From assembly GCA_037308085.1 (NCBI GenBank), contig CP147779.1:1248001-1312000 (forward strand): a stretch of 64,000 nucleotides of DNA, in the 5' to 3' direction. This document shows positions 48,907-58,684 of this stretch, in pieces; the first letter of the stretch is position 1; each line of letters begins with the position of its first letter. The notes beneath the pieces are model-generated. The model worked only from the letters and a program-made list of their open reading frames with translations, did no database searches and was not told the origin of the DNA. Made by a program: the position numbers and the translations under genes. This DNA comes from Promethearchaeati archaeon SRVP18_Atabeyarchaeia-1. GTDB taxonomy: Archaea; Asgardarchaeota; Atabeyarchaeia; Atabeyarchaeales; Atabeyarchaeaceae.

Positions 48907-49542
48907 CTACTTGGGAATAGCCTCTTTTCCTGTTCCGAGCCTCGTAGCCATCATGAGTACCCATATGTACACGGTTATGGCTGAGATAGTCTCCGGAATA
49001 GCTGCGTGTGCCCAGGACATCAGCAACCATGGGCTTGCGGCAACGACGCCAAGCAGGAGCGTTGCTACTCCAAACCATCTGGTTGCTCTGTTAGCTACCA
49101 TCGCTCCACCCAAGACCAAAAGAGCGAGTGCCATCGAAGCAAAGAGCATCACTGAGAACAGGAAATGCCACGGTGAAAAGGTTTCATTAAACAAACCTAC
49201 GCATATGAGCGCCACGGCTGCAACAAGAAGTATGCCAGTTCCAACAAGCGCTCCTATGCTTTTCCTGACGCTCCTTCCAAGTCCGAGTATGGAAAAGAAA
49301 GTTATCACTCCACCGACAATGAGGCCACTATTGAAGATCAGCGCTGATGTTGGATGCAGTACGGGATGTCCGAGATCGCTCAATGCATTTCCAGTCCAAG
49401 TAAACCAATTGCTCGATGGCGAGGAGCCACCGCTGGAGACGAGGATTGCGATCATTATGGACATAAAAGCATAGAATGGGCCTACTACCCCACAGAATGC
49501 GGCTGTGTTCGGTTCTGTCAAGCGCTTCAGAATGGTAGCCAT
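48907..49542 (-). CDS. DUF998-like membrane protein
   Basis: WFTWTGNALSDLG, FNSGLI, several TM helices, AIPE. Confidence 0.8.
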   Translation of the reverse strand: MATILKRLTEPNTAAFCGVVGPFYAFMSIMIAILVSSGGSSPSSNWFTWTGNALSDLGHPVLHPTSALIFNSGLIVGGVITFFSILGLGRSVRKSIGALVGTGILLVAAVALICVGLFNETFSPWHFLFSVMLFASMALALLVLGGAMVANRATRWFGVATLLLGVVAASPWLLMSWAHAAIPETISAITVYIWVLMMATRLGTGKEAIPK

Positions 49543-49595
49543 TTTTGATTAACGCCTCTTGTATTTCCTAGTTGAGCTAGAAGAATGACTGTTAC

Positions 49596-50831
49596 CTATA
49601 TTCTTACCTTCTTTGGAACTGGTATCTTATTAAGCTTGACATACTCGGGGAGAGGATCCCCAACTAGTGGGATGGCATATCTGTGGAATTCCTCTGTCAT
49701 TCCGTTTCCTTCATTATTGATGAATCCTCTCGGCAACGATTTTGTGGAATTTGCAACCTTCTCAAGCTCGACCAGACCAGTCGTACACCTATAGGAGCTG
49801 CTTGGTTCCCTCACTAAGGTAATCATTCTGTCGGTTTCTCCCTTTACCGCCTGTTTGACGGCGACCTGTCCAACCAAATAGGCCTCCTTGAGATCCACCT
49901 TTGAGGCTAAGGCCATTGAGACCCGTTGGATTGTACCGGGTCTGTCAAATCTTGCCTTCAGGTTCAATCTGCTGGCAACAAGCTGGCATAGATAGTCTGC
50001 TACGCCTCCCAGTTGCCTGTGACCGAATGCATCCGTATCGATCGATCTCTTGGACGCGACGACAGGTTCCCCGCTTTCATCCCTGAGCCCTTCGCAAGCG
50101 GTAACCACGCAAAATCCAAGTCGACTGCAAGCGCTTCTAATGTCCTCAATGAACTTCTCGTCATTGAACGGAATCTCAGGCACGTAGGTGAGATGAGGCG
50201 GGTCATCCTCAGAGCGCTTCCCAAGAGTTGTGGCAGCAGCAATCCAACCGGTGTCCCGCCCCATGACCTCAATTATCTTCACTTTGTCAACTATTCCAAT
50301 GGCGGCTGCGTCGAGACCCGCTTCGATTGTCGATGTGGCTACCCATCTGGCGACACTGCCATAGCCTGGAGAGTGATCTGTAGCCTTCAGATCATTATCT
50401 ACGGTTTTGGGGACTCCGATCACCCGTAATTCGTACCCTTCCTTTTGGGATATCTGAGATATTCTGTGACTGGTATCCATCGAGTCATTGCCACCAATGT
50501 AGAAAAAGTAGCGGATATCGTGGGCCCTCAGAGTGTTCAGGATCCTCGCATAGTCTTCAGGGTCGAGTTTGTGTCTACATGAGCCGAGGGCAGATGAAGG
50601 AGTAGACGTGAGTCCCCTGATAGTTGATTCACTCTCCTTCCTCAGGTCCACAAGATCCTCGTTAAGAACTCCCTCTATTCCATACAACATGCCATATATT
50701 TCACTGATATGAGAATACTTCTTGGCTTCCTCGACAACACCTGCCAGGCTACTGTTGATCACAGCCGTGGGACCGCCTGACTGACCTACAACAAGGTTCC
50801 CTTTGAGCTTGTCGGCCATAGTTGTGCTCAA
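49596..50831 (-). CDS. pfp: PfkA-family phosphofructokinase, predicted PPi-dependent
   Basis: GQSGGPTAVIN, GGNDS (Asp variant associated with PPi use), PKTVDND, EVMGR. Confidence 0.88.
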   Translation of the reverse strand: MSTTMADKLKGNLVVGQSGGPTAVINSSLAGVVEEAKKYSHISEIYGMLYGIEGVLNEDLVDLRKESESTIRGLTSTPSSALGSCRHKLDPEDYARILNTLRAHDIRYFFYIGGNDSMDTSHRISQISQKEGYELRVIGVPKTVDNDLKATDHSPGYGSVARWVATSTIEAGLDAAAIGIVDKVKIIEVMGRDTGWIAAATTLGKRSEDDPPHLTYVPEIPFNDEKFIEDIRSACSRLGFCVVTACEGLRDESGEPVVASKRSIDTDAFGHRQLGGVADYLCQLVASRLNLKARFDRPGTIQRVSMALASKVDLKEAYLVGQVAVKQAVKGETDRMITLVREPSSSYRCTTGLVELEKVANSTKSLPRGFINNEGNGMTEEFHRYAIPLVGDPLPEYVKLNKIPVPKKVRI

Positions 50832-50872
50832 CCACTCTCAACATATCCATAGGACTGATTGAGGCGATTAGT

Positions 50873-51928
50873 CTAGATCAGCCCATTGAGCAGATCCATG
50901 TTCTTGCCACGGTTAATCATGATGTACTCAACAGCCTCTTCAACGCCAAGACCCTTATGAACAATAGCGTTCACCGCTGAGGAAACTGCGAGTGGATCAT
51001 CCTTGCCAGGAAAGGTGACATTTCTCCCGACGAGTGCGCCTCGGACGTTCTTCCCTGCCTTCATACCTTCTACAAACTGTCTCAAGATATCTGTAGGATC
51101 TCCAGTTGCCTCGCCACCGAGCAGGAGAATTGGGCATGTCGTCGCCCTAGCAACTCTGTCAAAGTCGTCCGAATATGGTATCTTGAGCCAAGTGTTCAAT
51201 GAGGAGCACCCCAGACCAGATCCAACTCCAATGACTTGAACCAGAGGCTCAGCAGACTTAAGTGTCTTGTATTTCCCGCCTTCCTTCTTTACGGGCAGTG
51301 CCTCGACGAAAACTGGTATTCCAGATTTGTTAAGTTGGTTCATTACCTCCGCACAGTAGCCTAATGTGGCGCCACTTTCCTTCTCAGCTGTTTCTAGGCT
51401 GAACATTATCTTTGCTGCGTCGAGCCTCATCTCTCTGATGCTTTCAGCAGTGTAGGCAGTCATCCGATCATCCATCTCAAACGAGGTACCTGCCAACCCT
51501 CCTCGGTTCATGCACCCGAGGATTACCTTGTCGTCTAGGAAGCTTTTCCCACCGGCTTCCTTGATTAAGTGATTGATAATGAAGAGTTCCTCCACGATGT
51601 CCGGTGTACTCATCACTCCGTCAAACTCTTCATCTGTTATGACGCGGAGTATTCTGCCAAGCAGTTCGTATCTGTCTCCCATCGCGATGGGATTATCACC
51701 AACTGCGGTGACCATCCTTGCAGGGTGATCGGCAGCTAGGATCGTTAGCTTCCCGTCCTTTGTTATTCTACTTCTTCTCGTCCTGTTCTTCGCCTCCTCG
51801 AGCACTATCTGGCTTCTTTCAACCCTAGCATTCGTTATCTCGTCAAACAGAACCTTTGGGAAGAATTCCTCAACCTTGAAAACATAGCTGCCAATCGAAT
51901 AAGTTACAGGCATCGATCCCACCTCCAA
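50873..51928 (-). CDS. Class I aldolase-like TIM-barrel protein (Cgl0159-like)
   Basis: ILAADHPAR, MNRGGLAG..FEMDDR, WLKIPY, LLLGG, GALVGRN. Confidence 0.75.
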   Translation of the reverse strand: MEVGSMPVTYSIGSYVFKVEEFFPKVLFDEITNARVERSQIVLEEAKNRTRRSRITKDGKLTILAADHPARMVTAVGDNPIAMGDRYELLGRILRVITDEEFDGVMSTPDIVEELFIINHLIKEAGGKSFLDDKVILGCMNRGGLAGTSFEMDDRMTAYTAESIREMRLDAAKIMFSLETAEKESGATLGYCAEVMNQLNKSGIPVFVEALPVKKEGGKYKTLKSAEPLVQVIGVGSGLGCSSLNTWLKIPYSDDFDRVARATTCPILLLGGEATGDPTDILRQFVEGMKAGKNVRGALVGRNVTFPGKDDPLAVSSAVNAIVHKGLGVEEAVEYIMINRGKNMDLLNGLI

Positions 51929-51953
51929 TAGCCTCTAACCAAGTCAGAAGTTA

Positions 51954-52949
51954 TTAACATGTTGGAGTCCTCAGCTTGAGCACATCCGGATTCACGAGAT
52001 TCTGTGGGGCCTTTCCCCGAAGTGCGGATATGGCGTTCTCAACAGCCATGACAGCCATCTTGGTTCTCGTCTCAGTGCTTGCTGATCCTATATGTGGTAC
52101 CAGCACAACGTTCTCGAGTTTAATGAGTGGATTATCCCTATCTATGGGCTCCTTCTGAAAAACATCCAGTCCCGCTCCACTTATCGTTCCCTGTTTCAGC
52201 GCCCTGTAGAGTGCAGACTCGTCAATGACCGGTCCCCTTGAGGTGTTGATCAGAATAGCGGTTTTCTTCATCAAAGCAAGTTGCCTGTCGCTGATGAAGC
52301 CGCGCGTCTTTTCTGTTAGTGGGACGTGAATCGAGATGAAGTCGGCTTCCTTGAGAACGGTCTCCATGTCAGCATACTGGACTCCAAGCTCATCCTCTGC
52401 CTCTGGGTTTCTTTTCTCGTCATGGTACAGTATCTTCATGTTGAACCCTTTTGCCCTCTTAGCAACGGCTTGACCAATTCTACCCAATCCCATTATGCCC
52501 AGAGTCTTGGAATAGACGTCTAGTCCGGTCATGAACATGAGGTTCCACTGAATCTTCCACTTGCCGGCCCTCAGAAATTTGTCTGCCTCAACGATTCTCC
52601 TAGCTGCGGCCATAAGCAATGCCCAAGCAAGGTCTGCTGTTGTCTCAGTCAGAACTCCAGGAGTATTGGTGACGAAGATCCCCTTCTCGGTCGCCCTCTT
52701 CACGTCGATGTTGTCGTATCCAACCGCTATGTTTGCAATGACTTTGAGGTTCTCGCCAGCATCAATGACGCTTGGAGTAATCTTCTCGGTGAGCAGACAC
52801 AGCAATCCATCAACCTCCGAGACCTCACGTTTCAGCACTCCTTCGCTCGGTGGCTCATCCTTCGGGTTGAATGTGAAGTCTATGCCATTCTCTTCAAGCA
52901 AATTCAGTGCTTCGCCGGGTAGCTTCCTTGTTGAGTAAACCTTGGTCAT
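51954..52949 (-). CDS. gyaR: Glyoxylate reductase / D-2-hydroxyacid dehydrogenase
   Basis: AVGYDNID, NTPGVLTETTAD, GLGRIG, NTSRG, PHIGSAS. Confidence 0.9.
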   Translation of the reverse strand: MTKVYSTRKLPGEALNLLEENGIDFTFNPKDEPPSEGVLKREVSEVDGLLCLLTEKITPSVIDAGENLKVIANIAVGYDNIDVKRATEKGIFVTNTPGVLTETTADLAWALLMAAARRIVEADKFLRAGKWKIQWNLMFMTGLDVYSKTLGIMGLGRIGQAVAKRAKGFNMKILYHDEKRNPEAEDELGVQYADMETVLKEADFISIHVPLTEKTRGFISDRQLALMKKTAILINTSRGPVIDESALYRALKQGTISGAGLDVFQKEPIDRDNPLIKLENVVLVPHIGSASTETRTKMAVMAVENAISALRGKAPQNLVNPDVLKLRTPTC

Positions 52950-53211
52950 TTCTTCTCCGAACCTCCTCGAAAGTTAAGAAGTTCAGGCTATTTGCGGATT
53001 TCGTCATCTATTCAATAATATTCGAGTCATCATAGGAATTATATATTAGGAGTAGCCCGCGTATTTATTACATGATCATCGACCAGCGGGATCCAGAAGA
53101 AACCCGTTATGAAATTCACATTGCTGGTTGCCCTTCCTAACCCATAAGCTTCGAGACGTCAGGGAAATTGTAGCAATTCCGAGGCCCCCGTTATGAACCC
53201 GCTAAGGGAGC

Positions 53212-53889
53212 GTGCATACGATCATGATAAGAGACACGAGTGAAAGGCGAACCTACAAGCTGATAGTAATCGGAGATCCCGGTGTTGGGAAAACCTCGCT
53301 GATCCGTGCCCAAGCGGGTATGCTATTTAGACCAGAGTATATTGCCACAATTGGGGCTGACGTCATCACTAGGATCTACGGATTCAGAAATCAAACTATA
53401 TTCCTGCTTATATTTGACATCGCTGGTCAAAGTCTGTACGACTCTGTGAATGACTATTTTTTCTCTGGGGCGTCATCGGCTTTGATTGTATTTGATCTCA
53501 CGCGGAGAGACACTTTTGACCATATCCGAGACTGGTCTGGTGAGGTGAGAAAAAGAATACCTTATCCAATTCCCATTTTGCTGCTAGGAAACAAAGCGGA
53601 CTTGGAGCAGGAACGCAAGGTTTCAGCACGGGATGCAAGAGAGGTAGCCGTTGCGTCAGGAGTGCACGATTATCTTGAAACCTCCGCGAGAACAGCAGCG
53701 AACGTTGACAAGGCCTTTCTCGGGCTCGTAGCGCGTTGCATAGTGGAGGCGCCGAAAGATTCGAGGCTGGCGGACAAGATGGATGAGGTCCTCGCTGACA
53801 TTCATGCGACTGATCAGGAACTTGTCTCGGAGATAAGGAAATTGGATGATGTTGGAAGGCAAGGCCTAGGCGAGAAGAGGAAACCCTGA
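53212..53889 (+). CDS. Rab-like small GTPase
   Basis: G1 GDPGVGKT, YIATIGAD, DIAGQ, GNKAD, ETSA. Confidence 0.9.
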   Translation: MHTIMIRDTSERRTYKLIVIGDPGVGKTSLIRAQAGMLFRPEYIATIGADVITRIYGFRNQTIFLLIFDIAGQSLYDSVNDYFFSGASSALIVFDLTRRDTFDHIRDWSGEVRKRIPYPIPILLLGNKADLEQERKVSARDAREVAVASGVHDYLETSARTAANVDKAFLGLVARCIVEAPKDSRLADKMDEVLADIHATDQELVSEIRKLDDVGRQGLGEKRKP

Positions 53890-53898
53890 GGCTGGAAG

Positions 53899-54792
53899 TC
53901 AGTTCTCAAAAAGATACACTGGTTCCTCATATCTCCGCCCGTTCACAAGCTGTCCGCCGGGTAGCTTGACAAGTTTACGACTGGAGAGGGTGATCTGGAG
54001 CTTCTCATTCGCCTCTACTAGCCCGGCCTTCTTTCCATCGAGCAGATCAAGTGAAACATTCAACCCGAGCAGTCGGAAAGGAAAGACATGCCTCGTAGCC
54101 TTCGGAGCAAAGACCTCTCCTCTGAGCGCAACTCGCAGAACATCATCCTTTGTAAGTGTGGGAACAATCAGGCATGTAGCAGACTTATCGCTCAATACAA
54201 TTGTTTTCGCATCGGACTCTGTTTGATAGCTGACTCTGAGGTTTGCTGCGCGCAGCTTCTCTTCAATCCTGTATACTGTATCGTATGCTTCTTTGCAGTC
54301 GAATTCTCTTTGAGTCGTAATGAGCCACGCTGAATTAGAGGAGCGCAGGGCGCTGAAAGTCTTTCCTTCTCCAACCTGTCTGTATATGCTATCTGAATCT
54401 GCTTCAACGGTCTTGAGACCTTCAGAAGAAGATTTGGCCAGTCTGAGTATCTGGGAGATGGGTGCATCGCCTGTTATTATGCGATACCAAGCCCCGAGCT
54501 GGACGACTGGGAGTCTGTAATTGATAAGGCAACACGGGACGTATGCACAGCCCATCTCTCTTAGGGCGACGACTCTGTGCATCCCATCTAGGATGACTAG
54601 AGTCTCCTCATCAACGAGGACTGGATCCTTGACAACCTTCTCTTCAATTATGGATTCTTTCAGGGTTTTGATGAAGTCAGGTATGACCTTCTCGTGAAGC
54701 TTGACACTCCACACATCCTCAAGAGCAACTTTCAGAAGCCCGTCTCTGATAGGGAAAACGCTTCGCTTCGAGACCCCCAAGCTCAACAACAC
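53899..54792 (-). CDS. ParB/Srx N-terminal domain protein (SerK/SbnI-like)
   Basis: LHEKV, PVLVD...ILDGMHR, PKATRH. Confidence 0.75.
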   Translation of the reverse strand: MLLSLGVSKRSVFPIRDGLLKVALEDVWSVKLHEKVIPDFIKTLKESIIEEKVVKDPVLVDEETLVILDGMHRVVALREMGCAYVPCCLINYRLPVVQLGAWYRIITGDAPISQILRLAKSSSEGLKTVEADSDSIYRQVGEGKTFSALRSSNSAWLITTQREFDCKEAYDTVYRIEEKLRAANLRVSYQTESDAKTIVLSDKSATCLIVPTLTKDDVLRVALRGEVFAPKATRHVFPFRLLGLNVSLDLLDGKKAGLVEANEKLQITLSSRKLVKLPGGQLVNGRRYEEPVYLFEN

Positions 54793-55111
54793 CCGGCTGA
54801 CATTGAGGTTACCGATATTCTAATTAACTGAATGTCCGGAAATCTTGACGGTTGTGCGCTGCAGTTCCGACCAGAACGGCTTATCCTGACTTGGCAAGGC
54901 TTACAGGAGATAGAAAGAGGGTACTTTTTCTCTCGGATAAAAGTGTTCCTAGGTAGTCTGGGCAGTTGCTTCTCATGGGGTTCCCCGGAAATTGACGGCT
55001 GTCGCAAGACCGTTTGCGGCTTTCTCAAGAATAGGGAGGATCGCTGCTATTCTCTCAGCAAGGCTTATAGGAACTGCAATGTTATGGCTCTTTAAGAGGT
55101 AGCAGCCTCAA

Positions 55112-55456
55112 ATGAACAAGACGCATGGGGGAGACTTTATGAAAGAAGGCTCGCTTTCAGCGTCAGCCACGCAACAGTCTAGTGTTGCTGCTCTCGAGGC
55201 TCTGAAGGAGCATGCAGAAGACTCGATCGAGCTCCTAATGCAAATTGACTCCGACATGAATCCGTTCAGAGAAAAGTTGGTTCTTAACGAAATCATCGCC
55301 GACATTCGTAAGGCTTCATCAACTGACGAACTGCGAACGGTCGTAGGCGAATGCTTGGACGCAGTCAAGAACGTCGTTGCAACCTACTTGGAGCTAGACA
55401 GGTTAATTGAAGAAGTGCAGGGCGAGCTCGTTTGGGGACTACTTTCAAAGAAGTAG
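55112..55456 (+). CDS. Hypothetical helical protein
   Basis: 114-aa acidic amphipathic ORF; GGGGGAG upstream of the second Met. Confidence 0.55.
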   Translation: MNKTHGGDFMKEGSLSASATQQSSVAALEALKEHAEDSIELLMQIDSDMNPFREKLVLNEIIADIRKASSTDELRTVVGECLDAVKNVVATYLELDRLIEEVQGELVWGLLSKK

Positions 55457-55602
55457 CTTCCTTGGTCCACATTTCCTTGGGTAACTCCTCACCATTGCTG
55501 TAGATCCAAGGAAAAAGGAATGGGAAGATGCTTGCTTGCTGAACAAGTTGATAATCAATGGTTCCCCTGCAGTCGATTTCTTCGTGCCATACTCCTCTTC
55601 TT

Positions 55603-56838
55603 CTACTCTGATGCTAGCGCGCCATATACTAGTTCCACAATATCTTTTACTTGTATCCTCGTTTTCTTTGCTTTAGCGGCGTCCAGAAAGTTTCCTCGGC
55701 AGAATGGGCACGCTGAGGATAGGTAACTGGCTTTGGTGGTCTCAGCTTCGGCTAGTCTGTCGACGCCGACGCTTGTGGCTAGGTCGGAGAATGCAGATTT
55801 GACTCCTCCTCCAGCACCGCAGCACCATGCATTCTCTCGGATTCTCTTCATTTCAACGAGTTGGATGCCTGGAATAGCCTTCAGGACTTCTCTTGGGGCA
55901 TCGTAGACGCCAGCCTGTCGCCCAAGGTGACATGGATCATGGTAAGTCACCTTGACCTGATTCTCAGCCTCTTGGAAGTTCAGCTTACCATCATTGATCA
56001 AGTTACGGATGAACTCAGTTGCGTGGATCACGTTGAATGGAAGCTTTCCGACTAGGTCGGGATAGTCGACCTTCATTGTTCTGAAACAACCTGCGCAGTG
56101 GACTAGGACGTTCTTTGCCCCTGCCTTCTTCAGCGCGTCAACGTTGTGCTTTGCGAGATCCTGGGCAAGTGACTTGTTCCCCGTTCTGATCGCTACTGAT
56201 CCACAGCAGTATTCGTTCGGGTTCATTATGGCAGGCTTGACTCCCGCCGCGTCGAGTATTCCCAAGAGTGAGGTAAGTACCTCTGGCTGGCGGTAGGGTT
56301 CGGTGCACCCGGTGAACAGAACTAGGTCACCCTTTGTTGGCATTTCCCTGCCTTCGGGTATCCATTTTCCCCTGTCTGCATGCTTCTCGAAGTATGGGTT
56401 ATGCTCCTTCTCGATTGATCCCATGATCTCCTTATGTCTAGGCATCGGTCCGAAACCCGCCTCGACAAGGTCAGCTCGAAGGGCCTCGAATACCTTGACG
56501 TGGTCTATCCAGCGGCTGATTGGAAGCTCTATACATGCGTTTCCAGATTTGTGACACGCCTCTTTGCAGCTTCCGCAGAGCGTGCATTCGTAGATCGACT
56601 TGGTCAGACCATCGCTAACTTGGAGTGTCCCCTTCAGCAGGCCGTCAGCCATTGTGAGTTTGCCCCTAGCTACGTATGGCTCAAATCCGCCAAGATAGTC
56701 CTTGACTGGGCACACGTCGTATCTTCCTACAGCCGGTTTGACCATCTGTCTACAGTCACCGATTCGCGAGCAAGCCGAAACCATCTGCTGAAGTTTTCTC
56801 AGATTTGTGAACGGCACCTTACTTGTTTGTTTTGACAT
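55603..56838 (-). CDS. Fe-S oxidoreductase, GlcF/HdrD-like (4Fe-4S dicluster + two CCG domains)
   Basis: CTLCGSCKEAC, YCCG, CAGC, YHDPCHLGR, WCCGAGGG, ACPFC. Confidence 0.9.
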   Translation of the reverse strand: MSKQTSKVPFTNLRKLQQMVSACSRIGDCRQMVKPAVGRYDVCPVKDYLGGFEPYVARGKLTMADGLLKGTLQVSDGLTKSIYECTLCGSCKEACHKSGNACIELPISRWIDHVKVFEALRADLVEAGFGPMPRHKEIMGSIEKEHNPYFEKHADRGKWIPEGREMPTKGDLVLFTGCTEPYRQPEVLTSLLGILDAAGVKPAIMNPNEYCCGSVAIRTGNKSLAQDLAKHNVDALKKAGAKNVLVHCAGCFRTMKVDYPDLVGKLPFNVIHATEFIRNLINDGKLNFQEAENQVKVTYHDPCHLGRQAGVYDAPREVLKAIPGIQLVEMKRIRENAWCCGAGGGVKSAFSDLATSVGVDRLAEAETTKASYLSSACPFCRGNFLDAAKAKKTRIQVKDIVELVYGALASE

Positions 56839-56860
56839 ATTCCGACACCCTCCCGTGTTA

Positions 56861-58354
56861 TTAGAGATAGAATTTTCCTGGACTGAGGATTCTGTTTGGA
56901 TCCAGCGTGTGCTTTATTGATCGCAGAAAGTCGTAGTATGGTCCGGGGTATGCGCCTGCGGCTACGAATGCCCGGCTTATCGCCTCGCCCAAAATGTATG
57001 GCAATCCGCCTTCTTTGGCAATCATTTTGAGCTGATCCATCCAGAGATCGTAATTCAGCGCCCTTTTGTCTTCGTCCTGCCAGACTGCTAGTCCACAGTC
57101 CATTTCGACAGTTGTGTGTCCACAAAGTAGTGCCATAGCCAAAGCACTTATTGCTGGTCCAGCCTTTGTCAGTTTGTCGAGGTTCTTCGTCTCCCACTCT
57201 CCCAGCTTCTTGTTCATCTCTGGGAACCTATGTATTGGAACGTGGTGTTCGGTGTCGCACGGTATGCTCCCAGGTCCTATGCAACCCCACAACGAATGAT
57301 AGTTTTGCCAGTGCCCATTTTCCTCATAGTGCCATTTTGCCCAATTGCCCTTCTCAACCGTGTCTCCAAGCGGCTCTCCGCCGTTTTCCGTCACAATTTT
57401 GTCTACGATCTTCTGCTTTGACTCCAGCTCTTCTTGGGTTTCACCTTCCATAGTGTAGAAGAAGATGGCTTTGTTGATTCCCTTCCAGGGTTTGACTACG
57501 GGGAAGTTGACTTGGGGCACTAGACCTCCCGTGAGACCTAGAACTGCTATCATTGGCCAGTACTGAGAATCATATATGCCCAGTTCGCCTCGTTTTCTCC
57601 ACGCTAACCAGATCTTCGCGGCATTAACATCAGATGGCTCTTTCAATGTGAAGGTCTTCGCGGCGTGGTACGGTGGCTTCGGGAATATTTCCAAGGTAGC
57701 CTCAGTCTTCACTCCAAGTATTCCTTGGTCGCCCAAAAACATCGAGCAGAGGTCCGGTCCAAGACCATACCTGCAGAAAGGTTCTTTCACGTAGACGCTT
57801 GCGTTTGAACCTGTCTGAATTATGTCGCCCTGAGGCAGGACAACTTGGAGAGCTACCACATGCTGTGTACAGGCTCCGTACTTCGCTCCCCCTCCGCCCC
57901 CAACACTGTGGTGACAGAGCCCGCCTCCTACAGTTGCTGACATGCCGCTACCCGGACCAAGGTTGCCGGTGTAGTAGCCTTTCTCGAATAACACGCTATT
58001 CAGCTGAGCCCAGGTTATTCCTGCCTGCGCTGTGACGGTAAGTGACAGCTCGTCGACATTCACTATTCTGTTCATCCGCGTCAGATCTATTACTATTCCC
58101 CCTCCTTCGATGGGTTTCGAGCCTCCTGAGATATCACATCCTCCTCCACGCGGAACAACTGGGGTTCTATTTCTGTTAGCTACGAAAAGAATCTGAGAAA
58201 CCTCATCGGCGGATCCAGGGCGGACAACAATGTCAGGCCAGCGTTCAGGCAAACCACCATCATTGCTTCTGCCATAGGTTTGTCTAACAAAGTCTTCCTC
58301 AGAAACATATTTCGATCCTACAACATCTTCAATAGCTTTAAAGACATTTGTCAA
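56861..58354 (-). CDS. FAD-linked oxidase/dehydrogenase, GlcD/D-lactate dehydrogenase-like
   Basis: VVRP, PRGGG, IDLTRMN, ATVGG, QGILGV, LDPNRILSPGK. Confidence 0.9.
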   Translation of the reverse strand: MTNVFKAIEDVVGSKYVSEEDFVRQTYGRSNDGGLPERWPDIVVRPGSADEVSQILFVANRNRTPVVPRGGGCDISGGSKPIEGGGIVIDLTRMNRIVNVDELSLTVTAQAGITWAQLNSVLFEKGYYTGNLGPGSGMSATVGGGLCHHSVGGGGGAKYGACTQHVVALQVVLPQGDIIQTGSNASVYVKEPFCRYGLGPDLCSMFLGDQGILGVKTEATLEIFPKPPYHAAKTFTLKEPSDVNAAKIWLAWRKRGELGIYDSQYWPMIAVLGLTGGLVPQVNFPVVKPWKGINKAIFFYTMEGETQEELESKQKIVDKIVTENGGEPLGDTVEKGNWAKWHYEENGHWQNYHSLWGCIGPGSIPCDTEHHVPIHRFPEMNKKLGEWETKNLDKLTKAGPAISALAMALLCGHTTVEMDCGLAVWQDEDKRALNYDLWMDQLKMIAKEGGLPYILGEAISRAFVAAGAYPGPYYDFLRSIKHTLDPNRILSPGKFYL

Positions 58355-58684
58355 GATTTCTTACTCCTCCTAAAGAAAGTCGGTGAAGAAGATCCGCTTA
58401 ATCGTTCGGATTGTTGATTCTGCCTTTTGCGCTTATGTTGCATATATTGGTTTGCTTTGGTCTCCTCTTCACAATTCTATCGCAGGGAAGCCCGCATCCT
58501 TCAGAGATGTGAGGAACCGCGGCGACGAGAAAGTCCGTTCAAGTACTTTCGCCGCGTATGCCCGTTTGGACCTTGGGGCGAGGAAAGCCCACGAGCTCTT
58601 CAATCCGAGGGAAGAGGTTACCCAGACTTCCCATCAATTGAAAAGCTCTTAGGAATGGCCAGTTCCAGTTCGCGTCAACAAGAT

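Noticed and set aside
49511-49530. GGTTCTGTCAAG, 12-bp match to the element-3 end
   Set aside because: Lies inside an intact DUF998-like ORF with no partner end; likely chance.
58570-58600. GAGGAAAGCC resembling RNase P RNA CR-I
   Set aside because: No downstream CR-V (ACAGAA...GCTTA)-like motif and the region is too short.
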